Source: a virus (lineage: Duplodnaviria; Caudoviricetes). From it: a stretch of 64,000 nucleotides of DNA. A model generated the notes under the pieces. That model ran no database searches and was not told the DNA's origin. It saw only the letters and a list, made by a program, of their open reading frames with translations. Positions 40,450 through 49,432 of the stretch are shown one piece after another (the stretch's first letter is position 1; each line of letters opens with the position of its first letter). Location: IMG/VR virus record IMGVR_UViG_3300011429_000087, positions 100,552 through 164,551 of that record, one strand, 5' to 3'. Position numbers and translations under genes: made by a program.

Positions 40450-41122
40450 CTTTGTAAGTCCTTATAAGGAATTCACTGGCCCAATTGTAATCAGGATTAG
40501 GAGGCACTAATTTATTATTTAGAGAATGGAATAGTTTTTCATGTGCCGCACAAGCTTCCAAAAGTTTGTCTAATGGCACTAAACCTTTTTTAATTAGTAG
40601 TAAAGCAGACGCCATACTTCTGTCCTCTACGAAGATATCAAGCCTACCAGTTTTCTTAAGATTGATAGCCTGCCACATCGCCCGCAAGCCATGTGCCCCA
40701 AGCTTAACATCGTAACCAACCGTATTATCTATATTTCCTTTTCCATGTCCCTTTAGGAGTCTCTTTTGTTGTCCATCAAAGAATCCTAGTAGTCCCTTAA
40801 ATAGTTTTTGAGAAACTAAACGATGACGATTTTCTATTAGTTCCTGCCCAATATGGTCGATATACTGTTGATGCTCTGGCCGAGCATATAAGACTTCTAA
40901 CTCTGTGCTTCGTCCTTTTAAGGCTTCCTTTAAAAATTCCTTCAGTGTAATGAATCGAGTATCTACACCATCTTTAATGTGTTGACTACCAACCATGTTG
41001 TCGAGCCCGAGTACGGCCTCGACGGGAGGCAGCACAATTTCAAAATAGTCTCTATCAGAGGTTGGCAGTGCCAATCCCTGTGCGTGGCTCCCTCGAAAGC
41101 ATTTATATATGATATTAGACAT
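40436..41122 (-). CDS. Pol-beta-superfamily nucleotidyltransferase (RlaP/YcgL/NrdC.11-like)
   Basis: GSHAQGL..SDRD; GYDVK..AHGLR. Confidence 0.8.
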   Translation of the reverse strand: MSNIIYKCFRGSHAQGLALPTSDRDYFEIVLPPVEAVLGLDNMVGSQHIKDGVDTRFITLKEFLKEALKGRSTELEVLYARPEHQQYIDHIGQELIENRHRLVSQKLFKGLLGFFDGQQKRLLKGHGKGNIDNTVGYDVKLGAHGLRAMWQAINLKKTGRLDIFVEDRSMASALLLIKKGLVPLDKLLEACAAHEKLFHSLNNKLVPPNPDYNWASEFLIRTYKDAYC

Positions 41123-42227
41123 ACAACTTGTTTTTATTTATGTAGTCAGAAATTCCGGACGGTAATTTGCCATGATCACCCGCTCGGGCCTGTGTGCTAC
41201 TATATTCATCACTACGTTGGATGTACTGAATCTTTAGACCTGAACTCTTAAGGTGGATTGGCGTTTTGCCACGCTGATTTACAATAAAATTCATGTCTTT
41301 TAGAGAATTAGTATGACCGTCGATAGCAATAGCGTCTTTCACAACGGCATTAAAAGTATCCACGCCCATAACATATGGCATTTCTCGTTTAAACTTGTAC
41401 TTAGTATAAAGCATCTGTCTAAACCCAAGAAATGTCTCGTGCGTTGTGGTAAGCAACACGCCCTTACCGGCGATATTCAACATATTGACACGATTTGCTA
41501 AATCAATTTCAGTAGCAACGTCTTTGCGGAAATTGGTCATAGACAGTTCAAATAAAGCGTCTCCTCCAATGTCTAGATGACAATTAGTCACTGGATTAAA
41601 CGAGCCTCGATAGATTGCCTTAGCGTTACGAATCATATCTGTGGCACGTTGCATATGACCTTTAATATCGAAATAAAGTGGATTATCAGTTGTAAGATTG
41701 AGCCTAATCTTTTCTTCCATAGATAGATTAGGCCAACGAATAACGTCGATATAAACGCCCCAACGGGCCGATCCGACATCCTCTTTAAGCAATGCCCAAC
41801 GTAAAATATCAAGAGCCTGATACCCCGCCCGCCGAATAGCCACTTTCCGCATTGTCCTAGAATGCACGCGAAAATGTACAATATAAATATTATCATCTGT
41901 TAAGACGCACATCCAGGCATGAGTTTCGCCACCAGTCTTGCCTTTCGCGTAAGTACCAGTAACGGCCACTGAAAATAGCTTCTTCCCGCTACGCGGGAAG
42001 CCACTGGCTTTGGCCTGATTAAAGATAGCTTGTGCCATCCTAACGGCCATAGCTTCTGAAACGGCTCGTTCTTTAGTTTTGGGCTGAAATGCCTGATTAT
42101 ATGGGGTCATTCCCATAAGTAGAAAGTCAGACGCACCAGCATAAGATAGGATCTCTGCTTGGAGCGGTACTCCAATACCAACTTCAGAAATCACGCCTTC
42201 GTAACCAGAGCCAAAAAGATCCTTCAT
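41115..42227 (-). CDS. NMN adenylyltransferase-like protein with CinA/PncC-like N-terminal domain
   Basis: GSFNPVTNCH (HIGH-type), VMGVDT, SSTQAR; N-terminal GAS..PY..RAVS.AMA. Confidence 0.7.
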   Translation of the reverse strand: MKDLFGSGYEGVISEVGIGVPLQAEILSYAGASDFLLMGMTPYNQAFQPKTKERAVSEAMAVRMAQAIFNQAKASGFPRSGKKLFSVAVTGTYAKGKTGGETHAWMCVLTDDNIYIVHFRVHSRTMRKVAIRRAGYQALDILRWALLKEDVGSARWGVYIDVIRWPNLSMEEKIRLNLTTDNPLYFDIKGHMQRATDMIRNAKAIYRGSFNPVTNCHLDIGGDALFELSMTNFRKDVATEIDLANRVNMLNIAGKGVLLTTTHETFLGFRQMLYTKYKFKREMPYVMGVDTFNAVVKDAIAIDGHTNSLKDMNFIVNQRGKTPIHLKSSGLKIQYIQRSDEYSSTQARAGDHGKLPSGISDYINKNKLYV

Positions 42228-42231
42228 GGTT

Positions 42232-43824
42232 TTACCAGTTATTTCCAGCAAGAAGTTTGGTGCGAAGATTGATTAGATCCTGCGACAATACTTCGGGTGG
42301 GCGAACCCGAGTAAAGAAACGTTCACTAATATTCGCTCTAACCTCGGCTGGCGAAGTGAGAACGCCCGGCTTAAAGGCCGTGTCCATTGAGTCGGCTCGG
42401 CGGCCATCGAAGTAGGGAACAAGTAAGTGCCGACCAGAGAGGCAATTGGCGGCATTATTGGCGAACGTCACCGGATAGACGGTGGGGCGATCGGTTAGTC
42501 CGCCATTGTCAATAACCGCAACTTCCCCAGGAATACTTGACTTGGCTGGCGTCTCGGACTTTTTAACGGTTGGTCTAGCATTAACGCCTACAGCAGCTAG
42601 CTTCATAGAAAGTCCAGTGTGGTCGCGGGCAATACTATTACGTAGGTGTCCGCCGACCCCGAACGCACCTGAGCCAAAAGGACTCCATCCGTTCTCAAGA
42701 CACGTATTAATAATACCAATCATTGATTCCCAATCCATTGAATCGCCCTGAATCCAGCGAATTCGGGTGGAAATCTTTAGACCATCACTTTCAGCGAACA
42801 CGCCGTACTTTTCGCATGTCTTAAGGATGTGCAATACACATTCGACAGGATCACCAGAATCGGGACGAAGAACCATAACGTTCTTACTATTAGCCCATCC
42901 ATCTAAAACCTTACTATTTGCGATCATATTTACAAGACTATCTACCGTCTTATTAAAATCATAGGTATCGCTAACGTGAGCGGTTATACCAGTCTCACGC
43001 CCAATATCAAACAGTGCTTCATGAGCTTCGCACTCGCAACTAAATCCTGTAACCGTATGATGAGCTAGAGCATGAATCGAACAACCGCCAGAAGACTGAT
43101 TACTATTCTTCCAGAACTGATAGGCCCCCGCAACTGTATCGGTGCCCGGCATTACTAGAAGATGGGCAAGTCCTAGAACTTCACTCTCCTGAGCACATGA
43201 TCCGGCACGATCACTGAAGTCGTGGCACATTATTGAGCAAGCAAATTCGACTTGAGCATCGCTCCACGAAGGATGGGCTTTGCGGCAGCGTTCCTTAAGA
43301 TATTCAAACCACCATTTTAGCGTGGTTACACGCTCCATAGAAGACCAAACGTGGAGCAGTTTGCTCTCGAACCAAACACCTAGGCCACCATATCCAACTG
43401 CCGTAGTCACCTGAATAACGGGTTCGTACGGGAAGGCAACAGTACCATCGGCGAATGCCTCAATCTTAATGGGGATAATGCCGTGATTTTCATTCACGAT
43501 ACGTTCCCACATGGCACGGTCCCACAGATACGGTGTTCCACCGGCATGGAAAGTTTTGAGGAAGGCGTCGGCCTCTTCGATTTCTTCCATTGTTATCGGC
43601 GTTGCAAATAGATCCCGCAGGATTCTAGAAAGCCCGGTAAAAACTAGCCGATCATCCTTGGCAAAACTGTGCCACTTATCCATACCTCGTCGCGGCACAA
43701 CATGAAATACTGACCGCTCTTTTTCTTCTTCAGAGATATGAACGGAGCCAATGGTATAGGCGTCAGCGACTAGTGGACGCGGAACCTTTGGCGTACCAGA
43801 CAAATACTCTTTAATAGTTAGCAT
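42232..43824 (-). CDS. nadV: Nicotinamide phosphoribosyltransferase
   Basis: DAY, HDF..R, GTDT, VSDTYD, LRPDSGDP, IQGD, FGVGG, MK. Confidence 0.85.
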   Translation of the reverse strand: MLTIKEYLSGTPKVPRPLVADAYTIGSVHISEEEKERSVFHVVPRRGMDKWHSFAKDDRLVFTGLSRILRDLFATPITMEEIEEADAFLKTFHAGGTPYLWDRAMWERIVNENHGIIPIKIEAFADGTVAFPYEPVIQVTTAVGYGGLGVWFESKLLHVWSSMERVTTLKWWFEYLKERCRKAHPSWSDAQVEFACSIMCHDFSDRAGSCAQESEVLGLAHLLVMPGTDTVAGAYQFWKNSNQSSGGCSIHALAHHTVTGFSCECEAHEALFDIGRETGITAHVSDTYDFNKTVDSLVNMIANSKVLDGWANSKNVMVLRPDSGDPVECVLHILKTCEKYGVFAESDGLKISTRIRWIQGDSMDWESMIGIINTCLENGWSPFGSGAFGVGGHLRNSIARDHTGLSMKLAAVGVNARPTVKKSETPAKSSIPGEVAVIDNGGLTDRPTVYPVTFANNAANCLSGRHLLVPYFDGRRADSMDTAFKPGVLTSPAEVRANISERFFTRVRPPEVLSQDLINLRTKLLAGNNW

Positions 43825-43835
43825 TCATTAATCCT

Positions 43836-44924
43836 TTAGCCTCCCACCTGAGAAGGTGAGTCAATAATCTTACCCGTGTTGTTAAGCATATTCAATAAAA
43901 TTCGTGTAGTATGAAAATCCCGAGAGGGCATCTTTGCCCCTGCGTTATATAGCAGATAGAGTTCAACCTGATTTGTTGGTAAAATAGTTCCAGTAGGTGT
44001 GGCGTGTGGAGTAGTTCTGCGGTTAGCCTGTGTGATGGGTTTACCACGAAAATCCTTAATCATGTCCCAATTGTCTTTTGTGGAATCTGGATAGTCATTA
44101 GAGATATTGCCCTCAAAGAAAAGTTCTGCATTATCCTTGGCATCATCACTAATGTTAATTGCTGCCCCTGTAGTATCGGGCCCCTTCTTATACACGTTGT
44201 TGCGGAAGTTAGCTTGAATTCCCGGACTCTTTAACTCCGTCCCGACGTTGCCATAATTGTAGATTAGACAATTGTACATATCAAAGAATGGAATACCAAC
44301 AACCTGGGGACTTCTCTCCATACTTGAGGCAATAATACTCTTAATAAGCGATATATTGTAGGAGCCATATCGAAAAAGCGGTCCCCTGCTGTGGGGCCCC
44401 TCTGGATGGAAGCTTTTATTCAGGGCTTCCGCAAAGATACAATGAGAATATGTCGCATTATTTGCTTTGTAGTCTTGAGATAATAGTTCGTCCACAGACC
44501 AATTAAAATCGCAGTGATCGAAATAAATATTCTTTACTTCGCCAATGTGCTTGGGATTTCCCACTTTACAGGCGTCTCTATTATCCCATCCATCTTTCGG
44601 AGGTACTGTATCTCCAGTTCTTATACGTATATGTCTTAGTAATGTTTCGTATGTTTCTACTCTTAATTCTTCGCCGCGTAGCGTTACTGGAGAGGGGGCA
44701 CTGATTGCTTCTAATGTAAAGTATGGATTCTTGACGGTGAGCGGGGTAGTATGCCAAATATCTCCGCCGACCTTAAAATGGATCGAACGAGGATATGGTT
44801 GATTAAGAGCCATTCTTAAACTACCATCACCATCTTCATATAAGTTGGTGACATCAAGATCACGACCACCTTTACCTGCTACTGTATCTGATGCAAATCC
44901 TTCTGCTCCTGGGAAAATTACCAT
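43836..44924 (-). CDS. Pectate lyase, PL1-type beta-helix
   Basis: FPGAEGF..GKGG..VTNL..G.GSLR.A, DHC.F.WSVDE, RSP, NCLIYNYG. Confidence 0.85.
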   Translation of the reverse strand: MVIFPGAEGFASDTVAGKGGRDLDVTNLYEDGDGSLRMALNQPYPRSIHFKVGGDIWHTTPLTVKNPYFTLEAISAPSPVTLRGEELRVETYETLLRHIRIRTGDTVPPKDGWDNRDACKVGNPKHIGEVKNIYFDHCDFNWSVDELLSQDYKANNATYSHCIFAEALNKSFHPEGPHSRGPLFRYGSYNISLIKSIIASSMERSPQVVGIPFFDMYNCLIYNYGNVGTELKSPGIQANFRNNVYKKGPDTTGAAINISDDAKDNAELFFEGNISNDYPDSTKDNWDMIKDFRGKPITQANRRTTPHATPTGTILPTNQVELYLLYNAGAKMPSRDFHTTRILLNMLNNTGKIIDSPSQVGG

Positions 44925-45364
44925 GTTAGTTCGATATCGAAATGAATAATAGTGCTGCCGTATGGACCGGGTTCAACAATTGGAAAGTCATTGCACGTTT
45001 TGGCAAATATATGTGTACCGGCATAAGGGCCACTATCAATTATAACCTTAACAGCACAGACAGCACCAGTGGGAGAATTACAAACAACGCTGTTGGGGGC
45101 CTGTTGAATTGCACAATTATTCTGACCATAAATTGTAACGGTAATTCCCCAATAAGACTGAAGGATCATGCGACTGAGAGGTTCGTCAAAATTTTCGAAT
45201 CTCCTTGCGGCAATTTCTTCGGCAATAAGCTGACCCAGTGCGGCTTCGTTACTTGTTACCTGTACGATGGGCCGCATAGCCTTTATTTCCTTTGTTGCGG
45301 GCAGGATCATGGCCGCAGTCATAAACAAAATAAGCCCAAAGATTCCAATAATTACTGATTTCAT
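44918..45364 (-). CDS. Secreted/membrane hypothetical protein
   Basis: N-terminal hydrophobic segment, Cys pairs. Confidence 0.5.
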   Translation of the reverse strand: MKSVIIGIFGLILFMTAAMILPATKEIKAMRPIVQVTSNEAALGQLIAEEIAARRFENFDEPLSRMILQSYWGITVTIYGQNNCAIQQAPNSVVCNSPTGAVCAVKVIIDSGPYAGTHIFAKTCNDFPIVEPGPYGSTIIHFDIELTW

Positions 45365-46107
45365 TTCCAATTCCTCCAAATTTGTGTACCGTCAAAGACA
45401 GTCCATGTAATGTTATTTGGGTCGATATTGGGACAAGCAACGACATTAACGAATGCAGATGGATATCTCGGCATTTTGTCGACGTTACCACCCCAATGAT
45501 TTATTTGAAACTTGGCTATTTCACCATGATGCCAGTGGCCGTGAAAATACCAATCGGGCTGATGTTTCTGTACTATCAAGCTTAATGCAGCCCTATCACT
45601 TGCACCAGGGCTTCCTTCAAATATTGGAAGTTTCCACTTGGGGGGAATTCTAAATACGTCCGCCCGTTCGTGGCAAAACATCGTATGGATTGGTCCACCA
45701 TCCCAAGCTAGAGCATATTCTACTTGTGCCCTTGTAATACTTTCTTGGGGCCACCAATTAATACCGATAGTACGATCTTTGAGGTCGGGCGATGTTGCCC
45801 CACCAAAGAACATAGCTCGGCGACCGTTAAACGTTTTAGTGTCGCCTCGCTGTACCCATTCTAATTTGGGATTAATGTCGCCTTTAGCTAAGGCATCGAA
45901 GTTCTCATGGTTTCCGTCCACAACTAAGATGGGGAGATTGAAACTGGGCTTCCATCGAGAAGGCCCTTGTGGCGTGGGCCAACCGTCCCCAAGGTCGCCA
46001 AGCTGCACCACCACCGTTGCGGTAGGGTGCTCTGTCAGTGCGGCCAGGACGCTCGTGTTAGCGGCGTCAAAGTTGCCATGCACGTCACCGATTATGATGA
46101 TTTTCAT
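45361..46107 (-). CDS. Calcineurin-like metallophosphoesterase
   Basis: GDVHG, GDLG, GNHE, HGHWH. Confidence 0.9.
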   Translation of the reverse strand: MKIIIIGDVHGNFDAANTSVLAALTEHPTATVVVQLGDLGDGWPTPQGPSRWKPSFNLPILVVDGNHENFDALAKGDINPKLEWVQRGDTKTFNGRRAMFFGGATSPDLKDRTIGINWWPQESITRAQVEYALAWDGGPIHTMFCHERADVFRIPPKWKLPIFEGSPGASDRAALSLIVQKHQPDWYFHGHWHHGEIAKFQINHWGGNVDKMPRYPSAFVNVVACPNIDPNNITWTVFDGTQIWRNWK

Positions 46108-46117
46108 ATTAGTTTTG

Positions 46118-46192
46118 TGGGTCACGCGATGGGAATCGAACCCATATTCCCGAATTCACAGTCCGGTGTTCTACCATTGAACTACGCATAAC
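46118..46192 (-). tRNA. tRNA-His(GTG)
   Basis: G-1/C73, loop CTGTGAA, CCA. Confidence 0.9.
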
Positions 46193-46213
46193 ATATCTCA
46201 CTTTTTCGACTTT

Positions 46214-46693
46214 TTACTCGGCATAGCCATTAGCTTTTAACCATTGCCGAAACGCCTGCTCTCTGGTTAGATGACGCTCAATATCACTTTTTAGCATTCT
46301 AAAGCGTTTTCCTGTTTTCTGAGAGAAATTTTCAAGAGTTAATCCCTCAATAAGTTTCGTGCTACGCTTAACCCCCTTCGATTCAAGCAACTCTAGGAAT
46401 GCCAGTTCCCTCGTAATTCCCCTCATGGACTGATCTTGGTCGATCCTAAAACGCTGCCCCATTTCCGCTTCGTAGTTTTCTAGGGTCAACTTATCCCACC
46501 CACACTTAGGAGTAATAATCTTACCGCTCAGGGTTTGAGGCTTATTATCTTTAACGATCTCATAGTCCTGCTTGATGAAATCTGGCAGTATACTACGAAT
46601 ATAATCGTCGCTAGGCTCTGTAGCCGAAACGGCACCAATTAAATCCCACAGAATAGTAGAACCATCAACCTTGTGGCGTAACTTGACAGACAT
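46214..46693 (-). CDS. Protein with two LTLEN..G.RFR..TRE.AF repeats
   Basis: Internal tandem duplication. Confidence 0.65.
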   Translation of the reverse strand: MSVKLRHKVDGSTILWDLIGAVSATEPSDDYIRSILPDFIKQDYEIVKDNKPQTLSGKIITPKCGWDKLTLENYEAEMGQRFRIDQDQSMRGITRELAFLELLESKGVKRSTKLIEGLTLENFSQKTGKRFRMLKSDIERHLTREQAFRQWLKANGYAE

Positions 46694-46939
46694 CGGTTTG
46701 ATCCTTTTCTGGAGCGGCGGGAATGGCCGCCTCTTTTTTAAACCGCTCCAGTATAGCACAAGCGTCTGGCGGAAGCAAGTCAATAATATTGAGAACTGTT
46801 TTCCCGAGCCAGCCGTTCCAGTTTCGTCTATTTGGGCTATGTTTTGTAGTACAATCCCCTATAAGAAAGGCCAGACCGCCTTCTAGAACTATTAAATTGC
46901 CTACTTTGCATGCACCTTGATCGAACGCTTCTTTAAGAG

Positions 46940-47299
46940 TCATAGATTAAAAGTATGTTTGATATGGTCTGCGATTTGTTTAAATGTAGCACCTCTATTA
47001 TCATTCATAGTTACTAGATCGCTTTCTACATCAACGGGAAGTCCAACTAGATCATTGATCGTATCCGGTAGCGAAGCGTCATGACTTTCGCCTTTATAAG
47101 AGAAATCTATAACGTTATCATTATTTTTATTTGCTTCGACCCCAATATCTTCTTTAACAAGAACTCTACAGAGCACTCCTAAACAGCAATGAAATGATTG
47201 CCCCTTTTTTACTTTACACAAAGTTCCCGTAGTCTGGTGATACTTACCACTTCGTAGAGCAGTAACCCACTTACGTAGCAATTTCTTGTTTGGCTTCAT
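46940..47299 (-). CDS. Phage hypothetical protein, paralogue of 32884..33225
   Basis: Shared HCCLGV.C motif. Confidence 0.65.
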   Translation of the reverse strand: MKPNKKLLRKWVTALRSGKYHQTTGTLCKVKKGQSFHCCLGVLCRVLVKEDIGVEANKNNDNVIDFSYKGESHDASLPDTINDLVGLPVDVESDLVTMNDNRGATFKQIADHIKHTFNL

Positions 47300-47654
47300 A
47301 CATAACTCCTATTTTACGCTAGTAGCGTGTGTTCGACTTCACCCATAACAGCAACAGCAGTTTCGACCTCGGGTCTATGGTCGTCAAGATTCATGAGGCG
47401 AACTTTTGCTTGATGCAGTTTAACTTTTAGGCCACCAGCTTCCATGTTATGATGCACCCAAGCTTCTGCAAGCTTATGGAACAGGGACGTTTGCCAAAAT
47501 GGCGGAAAGAATAATCCCTCGGCAAATCCGTGAGGCCAAAATCCGCTTTTGTTTAGTTCGTCAAAAGCCTTTAGATGATTTGGGTTATGGGGATCAAAGA
47601 AATTTACTATGTTTTGTTTCTCTTCATTTAGAGGCATAGGAATTCTACTTTTAA

Positions 47655-47729
47655 TGGTTCCCTAGCTAGGATTTACACCTAGATTACAGATCCCGATGAC
47701 CTGCGTGTTAGAATTGACACTACCAGGGA
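47655..47729 (-). tRNA. Atypical tRNA, nominally Arg(TCG)
   Basis: All four stems pair; loop CATCGGG, no D-loop GG, T loop TGTAAAT, CCA. Confidence 0.65.
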
Positions 47730-47822
47730 ATATTAGTGGTGATTGCGGAGGCAGGATAGGCCACTTTTCTAAGCCGCGTCATGAGTATTCGATAATCTCT
47801 GGTGGAGATTAGTGTATTTGCA

Positions 47823-47897
47823 TGGTGGACCCATCCGGTACTGCCCCGGAAACTTAACTTTGCAAAAGTTATGTGTTACTTTTAGCACCATGAGCCC
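47823..47897 (-). tRNA. tRNA-Ala(TGC)
   Basis: G3:U70, loop TTTGCAA, atypical T loop GGCAGTA, CCA. Confidence 0.85.
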
Positions 47898-47911
47898 TTC
47901 GGAGAAATATT

Positions 47912-48382
47912 ATGTCCCGTACAATCGAACGTAACTGTCAGTTTTGCCAAAAATCTTTTCAGGCCCCTGCCAAAGAAGTCGCTAGAGGAAATGGTCGATT
48001 TTGTTCAAGGTTTTGCGGACGCCATGTTAAAAGACCAAAACCTGATAATTCTGTTTGTGCGTTTTGTAACAAGCCATTCTATCGACAAATAAGTTCGTTC
48101 GTTAATTCTAGAAGCGGCCTCAGATTTTGTTGTAGAGAACATAAAGACCTTGCACAACGAATTGGGGGTATAGAAGCCATTCAACCAGATCATTATGGAA
48201 TCGGACAACATGCTGATTATCGTAAATTAGCTCTTGCGTCTTTACCACAAGCTTGTAATCGTTGCGGTTACGATAAATATGTCATCGTTCATCATAAAGA
48301 TCGAAATCGCAAGAACAATTGTATTGAAAATTTAGAGGTAATTTGTCCTAACTGTCACGCCCTAGAGCATTGGAAGGATTAA
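47912..48382 (+). CDS. HNH endonuclease with Zn fingers, antisense to the tRNA array
   Basis: CNRCGY..VHHKDRN..NN..ENL.VICPNCH. Confidence 0.9.
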   Translation: MSRTIERNCQFCQKSFQAPAKEVARGNGRFCSRFCGRHVKRPKPDNSVCAFCNKPFYRQISSFVNSRSGLRFCCREHKDLAQRIGGIEAIQPDHYGIGQHADYRKLALASLPQACNRCGYDKYVIVHHKDRNRKNNCIENLEVICPNCHALEHWKD

Positions 48383-48386
48383 ATCA

Positions 48387-48555
48387 TCCCCCAGGAAGGA
48401 TTCGAACGTTCGTTACCGGCACCCGATTAACCGTGTCTTTGCGGCCCTTAAATGTTAAGGATTATCGGACCCTAACTTTGTTTATAGCCCCGCTGCCTTC
48501 CTTTCTTACGAAAGGCGATCAGTATAATTGTTTAATGGTACTCCCGGCCCGGCCG
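48387..48555 (-). ncRNA. Candidate structured ncRNA ending in a tRNA-like T arm
   Basis: Own promoter at 48560-48587; GNRA hairpin; 3' GAACG-TTCGAAT-CCTTC. Confidence 0.4.
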
Positions 48556-48559
48556 ATTC

Positions 48560-48587
48560 ATTATGCCATAGAACTTAAGAAAGTCAA
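48560..48587 (-). promoter_or_regulatory. sigma70-type promoter TTGACT-N16-CATAAT
   Basis: Direct match. Confidence 0.7.
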
Positions 48588-48603
48588 GTCTTTTTTATTA
48601 TTT

Positions 48604-49428
48604 TTAGCAGCAGCACTCATCTTCACTGTCGCCACAATCGGAACAGAACCGGAAGTCTACTGGCTCTACAGTCTCTTCGTTAGGCGTAACGTCCCCGAAC
48701 GTCTCCCCGTCGAGCGGAGGGCTCTGCCGAGGAACCTCGGCGACCACCTTGTATTTCCATGCACGAAGCTTTTGAAAGTTACAATCCTCGGGAACACAAA
48801 CAGCGTCCGCAGGATTTACTTTAACGAGAACGATACGATCATCGCCAACAGCAAAGCCGTAGGCGTATTCATAAGAGCCAATATGAAGACCCTTTGAACA
48901 GCCAACACGGAAGTCGTCGTCGACCGTGTTACGAAGCACTTCACAGGTTTTACCAACACGATTGTCGAACGTATTAGTATGCTTATCCTTCCAATCGTTC
49001 GTAATAGTCTTATAACCAATGAAACAGCCATCATCAGTGATGGGCATATGTCCGTGCTCAAGGAACGTATAAAGTTCCTGCACTGAACGTGAAGACGGAT
49101 TGGCCTGGAGATTCTCAAGAAATTTCACAAGAGGCTTGAATGGCAATCCTTCACGCACGAACTTAAGGATACGTTCCACGACAATACCACCAACAGGAGT
49201 CCCCCGAAAGAGAACCTGTCCGCCATCTACGATAATGTTCTTTGATAGCTTCTGAATTGACTGTTTAATGGCGGTGTTATTAGATAGCTTTGCAGCGATA
49301 TTAAATTTGCGACCCTTAATAGCCGTCACAATCTTGTGATAATTAGTATGCGTATTCGCAATAGTATACGCTTTATTCTCGTGGACGAGGATAATCGTAC
49401 CATCATTCAGAATCATTGAACTGTTCAT
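48604..49428 (-). CDS. rIIB: rIIB-like protein
   Basis: FL.NL..NPS..S..ELY.FL, ITDDG.F..YK, CS.GLH...Y..F, VKVNPAD.V.VP.D; follows rIIA. Confidence 0.85.
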   Translation of the reverse strand: MNSSMILNDGTIILVHENKAYTIANTHTNYHKIVTAIKGRKFNIAAKLSNNTAIKQSIQKLSKNIIVDGGQVLFRGTPVGGIVVERILKFVREGLPFKPLVKFLENLQANPSSRSVQELYTFLEHGHMPITDDGCFIGYKTITNDWKDKHTNTFDNRVGKTCEVLRNTVDDDFRVGCSKGLHIGSYEYAYGFAVGDDRIVLVKVNPADAVCVPEDCNFQKLRAWKYKVVAEVPRQSPPLDGETFGDVTPNEETVEPVDFRFCSDCGDSEDECCC

Positions 49429-49432
49429 AAGG

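Noticed and set aside
48387-48555. tmRNA gene
   Set aside because: Too short, with no matching Ala-type acceptor stem or tag reading frame; kept only as an unknown ncRNA candidate.
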